From positions 558,001 through 622,000 of the forward strand of contig NIVC01000040.1 of assembly GCA_002269645.1 (NCBI GenBank): a stretch of 64,000 nt of DNA, written 5' to 3'. Position 1 is the stretch's first letter; each line of letters starts with the position of its first letter. The notes below the pieces were generated by a model that was given only the letters and a program-made list of their open reading frames with translations, ran no database searches and was not told where the DNA came from. A program made the translations under genes and the position numbers. Source of the stretch: Macrostomum lignano. Taxonomy: Eukaryota. Shown piece after piece: positions 50,918-62,921 of this stretch.

Positions 50918-52100
50918 TGCGCTAAAATGAGTGTCTGCGACGCTAACATGAGTGCCTGTAGCGCCAAAATGAGCACGTGGACTAATTCTCAAAATAATGT
51001 GTAGGAATTTAGTCATGTACATTTACATGTAGAATTCTTGGCTTTGTCCCCCATCATGAAAATTCAGGTGACGCCCTGGAGAGGGATGGGGCCGGGTGTA
51101 TCCCCTCAAAAAGCCTAAAAAAAATTTGAAGTCTGTTTCCGGTATATTTCTTTTTCCCTCCCTATAGGGGCGGCCTACGAGCAAATATCCGAAGATTTCT
51201 GCAGCTACGCGCCTGAAGGGATCGAGCCTCGCGGGATCGGTGCAGGCCGGTGCAGTACGTGTATCTGCATGGTAGACCGCCAATGCAACTCTCCCACTGA
51301 GTTTGAATGTTTTTTTCTTGAGTGACGATGACTGCGCTGCTGTCTTGTCCTGCGTGATGGTCAAGATCGTGCACAATTAGTTTGCGAAGTCAATTCTACA
51401 CCAAACGTGTTTTCATGCTTATAGCTATAGTTCTTACGCTTCACATATGCAGGCGTCTCAAAAAGCAGCATCAAAAAAGTGATTCATAACTTCTCGTATT
51501 TATCCTAATGAAAACACTTCAACCATTCAAAACGCATATAGTTAAACTGCGAGAGCTATCATCATTAGAACCTGTGTGTTGGACTCCAAAGCTTGCAGTA
51601 AATTTTACTACTCTTCGACGATGTTACATTTTGAGTTTTGAGTCTCGCCTTATGGTTAGCCACGATTTTATATGGCGGGGGCGTGCAAAGCCAAGAACTC
51701 TACATGTATGTACACTATTTTCAGAATCGGTGTCGCCAGCGCTCATTTTGGCGCCGCAGGTACTCATTTTGGCGCCGCAGACACTAATTTTAGCGCCGCA
51801 GGTACTCATTTTGGCGCCGCAGACACTAATTTTAGCGCCGCAGACACTCATTTTGGCGCCACAGACACTCATTTTAGCTCCGCAGGCACTTGTTTTAGCG
51901 CCAAAGGCGGTCATTATATCGCCGCCGGCACTCATTTTGGTGTCGCAGTTGCGATATTTTAGCGCCCTGAAACAGAATTCTTGATTTACACAATGGGTCA
52001 CAAGGTGGGGTGAGGAGAAAAAGCAGTGACATGTCCCCCATAGCTGTTACTGGGGGAGGGACATGTCCCCCTGTCCCCCCCCCCGTTGGCGACGCCCCTG
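50816..52100. mobile_element. Non-autonomous hAT-like DNA element (CAGGGGC(G/T)TCGCC termini, inverted 21-bp subterminal arrays)
   Basis: Left CAGGGGCTTCGCCACCGGGAGGACAGCGGGACTTGTC matches the reverse complement of the right end ...GACATGTCCCCCTGTCCCCCCCCCGTTGGCGACGCCCCTG. GGCGCCGCAGGCACTCATTTT repeats are inverted at 50918-50985 and direct at 51737-51960. No 8-bp TSD seen. Confidence 0.65.
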
Positions 52101-52461
52101 CTCGGCATCATTCTCAGACTTTTGTCCATAGAACACTTTCATGTTGGTCAGAGCAGAAGTGCGTTCCAATCTCGATTCCATCTCAGAAAAACGTCTATGG
52201 CAAAGCAAAAAAGCTCCGAAAGCTAAAGCTGAAGCCAGTCCCAAAATTTTAGAACTCAATTCTGATAATTTCTTACTTTAATAACCTTCTTTTAGTCGGA
52301 ATATATTCCAGAATGCGCCTGCTAAAATTTCCTCGCAAGCAGAGGAAGAGCATCGAACGCAGCAGCTGCAACAGTCAAAACATGCCGCCGAGGCAACCAC
52401 AGACGAGTCTCTGCGCTCGGCTACCAATACACCTAGCTGGCTGAATATTTTGAAGCTGCGC

Positions 52462-55400
52462 ATGAACCACCAACCGCGCAGGGCGTCTGTTGATACTAAA
52501 AGTCAAATCGACAGCAAATCGAAGCCGACTTCCAAAGATCGTCGCAGTGCAAAGCAATACAGGCAAATGGTTTATGAGGAAACTTGCCGTTATCTGTCCG
52601 GCAAAGACTACGCTGAGCACACGGATGCTCAGCTGGAAATGTTCCAGACGTTGATGAGCAACTCTGGCGCCGCGGAAGCTACAACGCAGCCTCAGGCGCC
52701 GCCGCCGGCGCCGCCGCCGGCGCCGCCGCCGGCTCCGCCAATCTACAGTGGCAACAACCGGGGCAGCCTGCAATTCTGGAGCGGCTTCGATCCGGACTTT
52801 ATGCCGACTGCCTACCCGCTGATGCGGTCGAACGCGCGCAGCCAACAGACGGCCAAGTGGGGCGTGCTCAACCTAGCGGCCTCCGCTGCTCTGCTCGAAC
52901 AGCCGCTGAAAGAGTTCGACTCTGTGCGCAATAAACGACCCAGATTCCGTCTGGGGCCTCGCATTCTGGAAGAAGACCAGGACGGGTTCGGTGACAGGAA
53001 CTCCGTTAGTTCGACTGCGTCAAGCCGGTCGCGCTCGGCTCTGGACACGATCGCGCCCAGGTATAGCTTCATCGCTCAGGTGAGACGGTCTTTAGTCAGT
53101 TAAAGTTTGTTCGTTATTCATTACACATACTATAGTGAGTCAGTGTGAGTCCAGTCAGTAGGTTTCTCTAACTAAAAGGCTCAATATGGAGTAGTTGAGC
53201 CAGCGAGAACTAAAGAAATGCATGTATACATGCACTAGCAATCTTCCTTCCCCCATTGTGATTGCAACAAAGAAAGGAGTGTTCTTTAATAAACTCAGCT
53301 CAGCCAATAAAGTAGCTCAGGCGCAGCTATTTTCAGAATCAGTGCTGTCAGCGCTAATTTTGGCGCCACAGGCACTCATTTTAGCGCCGCAGGCACTCAT
53401 TTTTGCGCCACAGGCACTCATTTTAGCGCCGCAGGCACTCATTTTTGCACCACAAGCACTGATCTTGGCGCCGCAGGTATACTAGATTTTGTCGGCCTAA
53501 AACAAAACAAAATTATTGATTACAAAAACGAGTCACAAGGTTTGGATGGGAAAAGGACAAAGCATTGGCATGTCCCCCATAGCTTTTACTGGGGGGACTT
53601 ATCCCCCCATGTTCCCCCGGTGGCGACGCACCTGGCTGGCACCCATTTTACAGCTGGGCAGTGCAGAAGTTAAGAGTCTAGCGTAAGGACACAAATTGTT
53701 CCAGTGGGATCAGGAATCGAACTCCAGACCTTCAAGTCGTGAGTCCGACGCTCTAACCACTAGGCTGCAACCCATACTGCAACCACTACTTGACCTAAGA
53801 ATAACTTCCAATTGACCTTTGACATCTCATCTCAGTCTGAGAAATAAATAATAATTAGTAAATAAATTCTCTCGCCCAGGACGGCAAGCTCGTTGAACGC
53901 GAAGTTCGTCGTTGGCCGCGTCAGAAGTTGCCAAATCTGATGGTTCGCTACAAGGTATGCGAGCCGTACGCCAGCAACTACGGCAAGCGATCGGTGAAGC
54001 GCGCCGCCTCCCTAGCTATGCGACCAATCCTGCCGTCGACCAGGCGAATCTACGAACGCCCGATCTACATGGTGCCGCGTTCCATTGTCAACGATAATAA
54101 GCGACGCCTGCTAGCCAGGCACGCGATGAAGGATATTCGAGAGCCTGGACCGGGCTATGCTTACCGTTTGCCAGCTAAAGTGACTCTGCAGGAAGGAGAG
54201 CAGTGCAAGCGTTATCGAGAGCATCAGGCAGTGAGTAATTCTACTGAGTACGAGAGCGTAAATCGGGGGTCGGCGAACTTTTTCACCTGAAGAACCAGAT
54301 GAAGAACCTAGCTAATGGCCACGGGTCAGGAGAGAAGGGAAGGGAATAGTGGAGAGAAGAGGGAAGAAATGAGAGATGAGAGAAGACAGGAAAGTCAAGA
54401 GAGGAGATGAGATGAGATATGGGATATGGGATGGGAGAAGAGAAAGGAGAGAATATAAGATGAGAGAGGAGAGGAGAGAAAGAGACAGGTTGCTAAGATA
54501 GCTAAGAAGAGATGCAAACCTTGAGCGGGCCGGATTGCTATTATTAAGTTTTAAAGGTTCCGAGGGCCAGCTAGAAAGATTTTGCCTACCCCAGGCAATT
54601 TTTTATTCCTTTATGTCTGCTGAAATCTTTGAAATCTTTCTTCATTTCAGGCGAAGTACGTTAGGGAGACCAAGTAAGTTTTACCGTTTTTCTTAATCTG
54701 TTGACGACAAAAGCATAAAATATTTAAATGGTTCTGAGAAACATTCAGAAGGTTAGCATCAGCTCCATTGCTAATCCAACTATTCGAGTAGCTGTCAAGT
54801 AATCACGATTCCGCATCACGATCAACAAACAAACAAACAAAATTCGAAGCAAATAACAACAAGGTGCGAATGGCTTGGACCACCAAGAGCGGAGCTACGA
54901 TTGTACAGCTCGTCTGATTCGTCAGGTGGACGGTGGACGGTCTTGTTGTAGTTGATTAATGCCACAGAGAGCTCATTCACTCGTAGATGTAGTTCCAGGA
55001 TCCACAAGCTTTTTCCTCAAGGACCAGATAAAATATCTAGCTATCATTGCTGCAAGGGCCAAGTGTGAAAGGAAAGGAGAGGAGAGGGAAAAAGAGGAGA
55101 GAAATTCGAGCTAAAAGAGGAAGAAGAGAGGAGAGAGATGGGAGAAGAGAGAAAAGAAAATATAGAAGAGAGTTGAGAAGAGACACAAAGCTTAAGCGGG
55201 GCGGATTGCTATTGTGAAGTTTTAAAGGACCCCGAGGACCGGATAGAGATATCCTTCGCTGGCAGCATGTTAAGTATGTTAAGCCGGAGTTTGCTGGCAT
55301 ATATGATACACAAGGCAGTCCGGATGCTGAAAACGATTTGTTTTCATGCTTTCCTCAAGATGAGCATGTTTAGAGAACAATGCTGTCAAAGCGAGCTATG

Positions 55401-56276
55401 TCGGCACAAGTCTCACTCTGGAGACAACAGCAGCAGCATTCCCAGTGGGATTTACTCTCAAGCTTCCTGCATGGCAACTAGCCAGCCCTATTCGGCGGCG
55501 CGTCTTTGTCGCTTTGGGGGTTGGGGGGGGGCAGCATCATGTCATGGCAGCGAAGAGCGTGGGACAACGTTGCGGCTTCTGGATCAGTGGCAGGGTGAAT
55601 GTGACTCAATTTGACAGGTACATATCTGGCCGATGCTGGAGTCAAATAGTTCGAGACAGCGCCGCAGGGAGCAGCAGCAACAAAAACAACAAAAACAACA
55701 ACAGTAAAAATCATCAGGAACAGAGGATGAAACAAAGAAATAGGAGAACAATGCCGTAACCTAACATGTAATAAGTAAATGAACAACACTATAGCGACCA
55801 CAGCATGAGGAACACCTGTTGGACTGCCCGGTGACCCGGTGGAAGAGAGAGATGGACATCCGGGATCTCGCGGATCTTAACAACAAGGCCGAGAGGGCGC
55901 TCGACTTCTGGAGATGGATCAGGGGCAGGAAGGTCAAAAGGGCGTCGCATCAGTAGCCTATTGGGATTTACACACACACGCACACACGCACACTCACACC
56001 GCAGCAACAACAGCAGCAATTGCATCAACAAAACATTCTGTTTCAAGAGTATCATATGGTTAATTGATTGCAATTTCAAAAGAGGCTAAACGAACAACTT
56101 AAACAAAAATGATGTGGATTCTCTAGCAGTGCATTTATTAATAATTCATTACCACTCGCTCAACGCGTCCCTGCAGAGAACGAATTGAATACGAGGACCA
56201 ACGGAAGGAGAAGCACAGGCAAGCGGAAGCCAGCTTCAGTAGCGGAACGATTAGCCCCAGCGCGCCTGTCAGTTGA
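52462..56276 (+). CDS. Putative orphan protein, 4 coding exons (52462-53079, 53880-54230, 54651-54673 micro-exon, 56177-56276), ~363 aa from first in-frame ATG
   Basis: GC-rich exons with phase-consistent GT/AG junctions: CAG|GTGAGA, CCCAG|GAC, GCA|GTGAGT, TTTCAG|GCG, AA|GTAAGT, CTGCAG|A. No recognisable domain. The frame stays open upstream to ~52285. The last two exons are less certain. Confidence 0.55.
53327..53634. mobile_element. Second, 5'-truncated copy of the hAT-like element right end (intronic)
   Basis: CTATTTTCAGAATC, then 21-bp GGCGCCGCAGGCACTCATTTT repeats, GTCACAAGGT...CATGTCCCCCATAGCT and GGCGACGCACCTG, paralleling 51715-52100. Confidence 0.75.
53641..53773 (-). mobile_element. 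tRNA-derived SINE fragment with CORE-like central segment
   Basis: Minus strand reads GCAGCCTAGTGGTTAGAGCG (A box)...GGAGTTCGATTCC (B box), then TGTGTCCTT...CTTAAC...CAGCTGTAAAATGGG. There is no intact acceptor stem or CCA, so it is not a tRNA. Confidence 0.7.
54330..54585 (-). mobile_element. Fragment of hAT/Charlie-like repeat family (GA-rich tract + conserved block)
   Basis: GCGGGCCGGATTGCTATTATTAAGTTTTAAAGGTTCCGAGGGCCAG is similar to 55190-55245 and to the reverse complement of 62980-63030. Confidence 0.55.
55040..55305 (-). mobile_element. Fragment of the same hAT/Charlie-like family
   Basis: Ends in CCGGAGTTTGCTGGCATATATG, the reverse complement of a CATA..CGGCAAACTCCGG terminus. Confidence 0.55.
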
Positions 56277-57090
56277 GCAATGCATAAACAATGCCTTGTT
56301 AGGAAGGAACTGGAGGAACTGCTCAAACTCGTCACCTCTAAAGCTATTATTTTCCTTTACCAGCGGTAATAAATAGTTACATTAATAGCTCTTTATTATA
56401 AATAGAGTTCTTTAAGTACTACACGTACAACAAAAATTAGTTATAAAGTTAGTTTTTTTGCAAAAACGTCTACCAATATTTGCATTGTCAGTGCAGTGAA
56501 TTGTCGGTTTAAAACTAACCCAAAACAGTTTATTAAGTTTTTTTCCTTTATTTTCATCTGTTAGTATAAACTGTGTGTGGGTGGTATTTATTTTCACTAC
56601 ATTGTTCTATTAACTGTCAAAACTGAATCGCTTGCTTTCTATACCGTGCCCAAATACATTTCACGCGTATTTATACTTTTACTGCAACTTTCAAAAAACC
56701 AGAGCATTTACAGCACTGATAATAAAATAATAATATCATTAATTATAATAATAATATTATAGTGACTAACAATAATTAGGTCCTTCACTTTCCTATCATT
56801 CCGCTTCACGATATAAATAATGCTAACTTTATAAAACGCATTTCTTATCGTAAGCCTTGTTAAATACCGTAAATATGGAAAAATGTACCTTATGTATTAA
56901 TGACAAAGAATTCATAATATTCAATAATTCGCAATCAGCATATCTAAGTCTTCTACGGTACTGCAATAATAGTAAATCTCTACGCGAGGTCATGTCCATG
57001 AGAATTATGGAACTGCATACTGCATGGTGCTGTGCATCCAGTCCCAATTCAATGCCGATGCAATTGATTCACTTCGACATGCAGAAATTC

Positions 57091-57485
57091 GACGTTGCTG
57101 TCAAATATGTACTTTTTACATTATCTGGACGGATAACGACGTTGCTGTCAAATATGTACTTTTAAATTAAATGACGGATAACGACGTCGCTATCAAATAT
57201 GTATAATTTTGAATTATATGACGGATAACCACGTCGCTGTCAAATATGTACTTTTACATTATATGAACAGTTAACGACTTCGCTTTCAAATATGTACTTT
57301 TACATTATATGAACAGTTAACGACTTCGCTGTCAAATATATACTTTTACATTATATGGACGGATAACGACGAAGCTATCAAATATGTACTTTTACATTAT
57401 ATGGAGGGGTAACGACGAAGCTATCAAATATGCATTTTTACATTATAAGGACGAATAACTACGTCGCTATCAAATATGTACTTTT
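57091..57485. repeat. ~43-bp minisatellite (GGACGGATAACGACGTCGCTGTCAAATATGTACTTTTACATTATAT)
   Basis: About 9 units; two more units in inverted orientation at ~57750-57840. Confidence 0.88.
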
Positions 57486-58179
57486 TGTGAATTGATTTAT
57501 CTTATATCGATGTGAACTGTGTGCCGGCTTGTGCTTTTGAATGCTCAATTTCATTGTACGATTTTACACCCTCTCGCCTCCCCTGTGCTTATCGATTTCT
57601 ATTTCTATGTACAGTACTTTGCTATGTACGTCATTCGAACTATTACTACTTAATTCTAAAATACAATATAAAGACCGACACGTCAGTTTAGAAACGCTGT
57701 CTACAACTTGTGGCTTAAGACAATTCAATCGCTTCGTCTGAATTCATCACACTTTTACATTAAATGGACGGATAACGATGTCATAGGTCGACTGAACATC
57801 GGTGTAATGTAAAAGTACATATCTGTCAGTGACCGTTATTAGACATCAGGAACATTACCGAAGTATGTCCTACTGCTCGGCGACTACGTCGAGAAGAGAA
57901 CGGTACGCACAGACGATGATGATTAGTTGCTTAACTTTGTGTATGTCCTAATTTATTTGCGCCTCGGTGAAAGTAAATGCCGCGACCTCCACGTGGTCAG
58001 GACGGTAAGCCGCGCTTAACTGCTGCGGCGGCCAACAGCGGCAGGACCAAGCGAGGGCAGCAGAGCGAGCGTCGGCGTGTTGAGCGTCGGCGTGAGCGAA
58101 ATCGGCGCTGTCGGCGACGTGGTGCTGCCCGTCGAGCTGCTGCCGCGCTGGCCCATACGGATCCTCGGGTGGCGCCAGG

Positions 58180-61100
58180 GACCGAGAGGTTCATCTACAT
58201 CGAGCTCCAGCCGTACCACAGGGCACGCTTCGGGTCGGGACGCTGAACTGCCGCACGCTCGAGGCCGCCTGGTGGAGAGGGGGGGCTCTGGAAAAGCTAG
58301 CGCTCGACCTAAGCTGTGATGTTATCGCTCTCCAGGAGGTGTCTATCAAGGCTGATCCGGGGCTTCACTGCAAAGATCTGGGCGCCGGATGGATCCTCTA
58401 CTACACATCAGCTGACCAACGAGGCCGTGTCTAAACCTGGCAGGCGACTCTGCGGAGAAGCACAGGAACGAGCTGTGTGAGTTCTTCGCCGCTATTGTCA
58501 ACGCGCCGCCACCCCCGCTGCCGGACATGCATTCTGACGCTGCCGCCGGAGATACCATTGCCGGCAGAGGAGAGTTTCAGCCTAGAACCAGTCAGCACAG
58601 CCGATGTTGTGAGGCTCGCCCAACAGTTACCGGCGGGAAAGCGCTGGGTCCGGACGAGGTGCCCATCGAGGCGCTGCTCATTCACTCCCAAGCAAGGCAG
58701 TACGTCGCCTCGACGTCGCTATGAAGTCGCCATTGGTCGCCATCGTCGCGGGCAAATATTGGTTGCACTGTTTTAGTCGGGGCGACGTCATCTTGCGACG
58801 TAGGCTTTTTTTCAAAAATTATTTGATATGCTATAGAAGATCTTATATCCTTACTTAATTCGGAATAACTTTTTTATGAATTTTTAAACTAGTTGAGCTG
58901 AACTATCCTTTATTTCTACACGAAGGTTATTTGCTCGTTTGTTATACGATGGATAGTAAAATTTTCTTGATCGAAGTAGCAAAATACGAACTGTTTCTTT
59001 TGACAATAAACTTAAATTTATACCGATTAATAGTGACAGAAATAGCTAAATAATTAATTCTGCATTTGATCTCTGTACATTGTGTGGTATAATATTGTAT
59101 GACCTTATATTTATAAGATGATAGAGGTCTGTGGTCAACTGTCTTTAGGCCTAACGATTATTCAAATTTATCATTTTCTTTGTGCTGTCTACATCTTAAC
59201 AAGCAAACCTAATTTTGCCTCAGCCTACCTACCTATAAATATTGTGTTGTGTTTTTGGCCAAACCAAAAGGCTTGTCAAATCAAGTTCATAAAGTGGAGC
59301 CTGTTCCTTAGTAACCTATGATGCTATGTACGCAAATGATGCCATTCTGCTTACAATGACATTAGAAAGCTGGGTTGGAAAAGAGCAATAAAAATTGGAC
59401 TTTAAATAGGGGAAAACAAGCAAAGGGATAATAGAGACTTTATTTTATAAGCTTAAGTTGGCCTTTTATATTGTTAGGCCTTAATTTAATAATGTAGACT
59501 ATTGACTAGACCTAGGCTATCTAATAAGATATGATTTACAAAATTATTTATATTTATAATGACATACATGATACATATTAGGCCTAATGTTAATAGTTAG
59601 ACCCTAACTTTATTTAATCTAATCTTTGGCTAAAATTCATATTTTCTAAAATTAGTCTAGTGTACTATTAATTAGGAATTTAAGAGGTTAGTTTATAGAA
59701 TTTTTTTGCATTTTTTAGGCCTATAATTTTATAATGACTAGGCCTATATTGGGATTGCCATTAGCATGCCATTGATTAGGCCCTATTTTGTCTATTTATT
59801 TTAAATTGCTTTATAATTTATGCTTTGAAAACTTAACTAATTTCTATGTCTAACTTGGCTTTTAGGTAAGCCTATTATTTTTTGCCTTTTATCCCTCAAT
59901 TTATTGATAGAAATTAAAAAATTCTAATAAAATCTAATAAAATTATTAAATATCTAATCTTATTTTAATCTTTAATAATTATCTAATTATCTAATAAATT
60001 AATAATTAAATTAATGTAACTAACTAAAAAGGCCTATAAATCTTTATATAAAATAATAGCTACCTATAGATTATTTAAAATTGATTTTTATAAGCTTTTA
60101 TTCTATGTATTTCCTTGAAAAAAATATTCATTTTTTGTTTCTTATATACAGATAATATATTTTTTATCAAATTTTGCTTTCATGATGGCATACTTTGCCC
60201 AAGAAGTTAAATAATGTCATGCTCCCATCATGTGCACGAGATAAGGCAATTGCAGCTAATTACAGCAGACTACTAAAGAGATTATGTCAACACAAAGCCT
60301 GATGAACATTCATGAGCATTGAGCAGGTCCATCAGGACATCAGCAAGACAATAACTAGACAAGTGCAGGAACTTCCATTTCTGTATTTCCTGATACATCT
60401 GAGTCATGATGTGGAGGACCATGGCGAAGTTGGCTGCTTTCAGTTTCCCACCATTTCCTTTTAAGAATAGTGAGTATGCTTAATGCTTAAAGTCAGATAT
60501 TTCAAGTTAGAAAAATGAAACTTAATTTCTTTCCTGTTGTAAAATGATAATGTTCAGCATTGTAGTCCAATTGTCACTAATGTAATGTACTGATAAATTT
60601 CATTGCAGCATAATTGCTTTGTCCACAAGCTGTGCATGCAGTGCAGTTCCATCGCCGGCTCCAGGACCTAGTTCTCTGCAGTCTGAATCGAGGGGGACTT
60701 GATGAGAAGGAAATGGTTCGATTTAAGTAATAATTATGCTGCCAGCATGTTGTAAGGTTTAACTGGAAAATCTGGAGCAATTTCGTTTGACACTGTTTTT
60801 TATTGTCCCTTTGACCCTTCTTAGTGAGTAAAATATCTGCACTTCAAAAACATTTGTCTTTAAGTGTAACTGTGTAAAAATTACTTTTCTGATAATAATA
60901 ACTAAATAAACCAACAAAAAACCTTTTTTGAATTGAATTATATTGAATAATTTATAAATTCAATCAAGATATTTAACCAGAGCAAGGTAGCTTATTAATC
61001 TTCGTTTAATTTCATCTATAATCTTAGTAAAATTAATTGAATTATGATTTCGAGATTCGCACTATATTGAAGGTGCTAAGCAATCTGTAATAGATGGTCG

Positions 61101-62130
61101 TCGTTTGGTCGCCAGTACGTGAAATTCTGACGTCGCCTGGGGTCGTAATGGCGACGTCGCCGCGCGCGACAAAATGGCTGGTTTGGCGACGTTATTTTGC
61201 GACGTGTTAGCGACGTCGAGGCAACTGCATTGCTTTGACTGGGCTGTGTGGCCAGTGAGGTCGCCAGAGTGATGAATCGCGTGCTCTTCGGTGAGGAGGC
61301 ACCCAACGAATGAACCACAGTGCACATCGTTGCATTTTCTAAGATGCCGGGCACCACAAGTTATAAAAAACATCGAGGTATCTGCCTTCAGACCTGCCCT
61401 GCGAAGCTGTTTAACCGGATGCTGCTATCGCGGTTTCAGCCCGTGTTGGATCCGTACCTGCGCCAGAGCAGCTGATTTCCGCCATCATGGCGATATACTG
61501 CGATACGAAAGCTACTGTTTCAAAACCCGACGGCCTATCGGACTTCTTTGAGACGTCCTTTGGGGTGCTTCAGGGAGATACGCTTACGCCGTTCCTGTTC
61601 GTTCTGGTGCTTGACTGGGTGCTGCGGACCGCTCTTCCTACCAACGACGACGGCTTTCTGTTGCGGCGACGCGTGGGTCGACGTCAATCGGAGAGGCGTC
61701 TCAGCGTTCTTGGCTACGCCGACGATCTCGTTCTGCTGTCCTCAACTGTCGAGGGCGCACAGCGACAACTGGACAAGCTATAGTTGCTGTTGCGGCGAGT
61801 GTCGGCCTGGTGGTCAACACGCAGAAAACCGTCGTGCTCTGCGTGCCGGACGACATTGGGGCTGCGATTTTGTGCCCAGGCGCTGATGGACGGAGCCTCC
61901 ACGTTGTCAGCAGTTCGTCTACCTCGGCGGTCTGGTTCCCGGCGTCCGCGAGGATCTGCGCCGCCGCTGGCTTGCCTGGGCTGCCTTTCGTTCTGTTCTG
62001 TGAGGGCAGTCCTACAGTCCGAGGCCTTACCTGACCGCCAGAGGGCGGCGCTGTTCCAGGCGGTGATCGAGACCGTCCTGTTGTACAACGCCGAGCCCTG
62101 GACGCTGACGGAGTCGCTCGAGCAACAAGA
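58180..62130 (+). mobile_element. Decayed non-LTR retrotransposon (RTE-type LINE), interrupted by a DNA element
   Basis: AP-endonuclease start CDVIALQEV (58315 on). RT segments: GKALGPDEVPIE (frameshifted), HRGICLQTCPAKLFNRML...LDPYLR, GVLQGDTLTPFLF, GYADDL. C-terminal LFQAVIETVLLYNAEPWTL. In-frame stops at 61311 and 61781, plus deletions and frameshifts. Confidence 0.9.
58687..61243. mobile_element. Non-autonomous EnSpm/CACTA-like DNA element, 2557 bp, 2-bp TSD (CT)
   Basis: CCCAAGCAAGGCAGT..GCCTCGACGTCGCTA and TAGCGACGTCGAGGC..ACTGCATTGCTTTGACTGGG are imperfect inverted ends with GACGTCGC subterminal motifs, flanked by CT on both sides. Excision restores the RT frame (EALLIH|CVASEV). The superfamily assignment is inferred. 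Confidence 0.75.
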
Positions 62131-62921
62131 ATGAGTTAGGAGTCGACTGGCAGAGCCACACCCGGGTTCAAATTAATATGTTAAATAATCCAAATTTTCT
62201 GACAAAATGTTAGTTTCGGATAGCGTTTCGAAAGTCCAATGAACCAGTTTTTGAGTGGTATTTTTATCGTATTCTATCTTAAACATTAAAGAAAAGCAAT
62301 TGATTTGTGCCAAACTTGCACCAATAAAGATTAAAAAAAATTCAGGAATCGCTGATTAGTCTCCTGACTTCTGATTATAAAATTTCTTATGCTAAAAGGA
62401 TTAAGATATTTGAGGAACAGGTTTTGCATAATGGTTACAATGGTCCGTCTGAAATAGAGAGATTCCAAGTTGACTACATAGCCCGTGTTAGGGTTAGGTT
62501 TTGGACATGGCTTGAGAGCTACGAGACGCACCCCGAGGACCACGGGAAGACTTTACCAATGCTCAAGGCTGGATGCTGATATTTTAGACTATATAGCTGG
62601 CTTTTGAGGAGCTGATGCTTTCTGCTTTGATTTCACGATTCACATAATTTGCGAGTACATAGCGTCATTATTCTATAATGTCCATTAATCCCCCGACTAA
62701 ACCTTTGAAGAGAATTTGACGTCTGGCGCTACCGTGCAGATCAATCTGGGTATGCCATCAAACTGTGTACATCGACTTATGCAGAATAGCATATTAGGTC
62801 GTATTAAGACGTCAAATTTAATTTTTATTCGGAAAAGTATATGCACTAATATTGCAGAGACTGACAGAATAGTTAAGACAAAGCCAATGCAAGTTATCGT
62901 TGTTTCATCGTTCCTATAAGT

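Noticed and set aside
53700-53773. Functional tRNA-Val gene
   Set aside because: Poor acceptor and anticodon stem pairing, and it continues into a SINE-like body.
54822-56335. Minus-strand short ORFs (54822..55007, 56138..56335) as a separate gene
   Set aside because: No domain and no consistent exon chain. The 56177-56276 segment is better explained as the plus-strand terminal exon.
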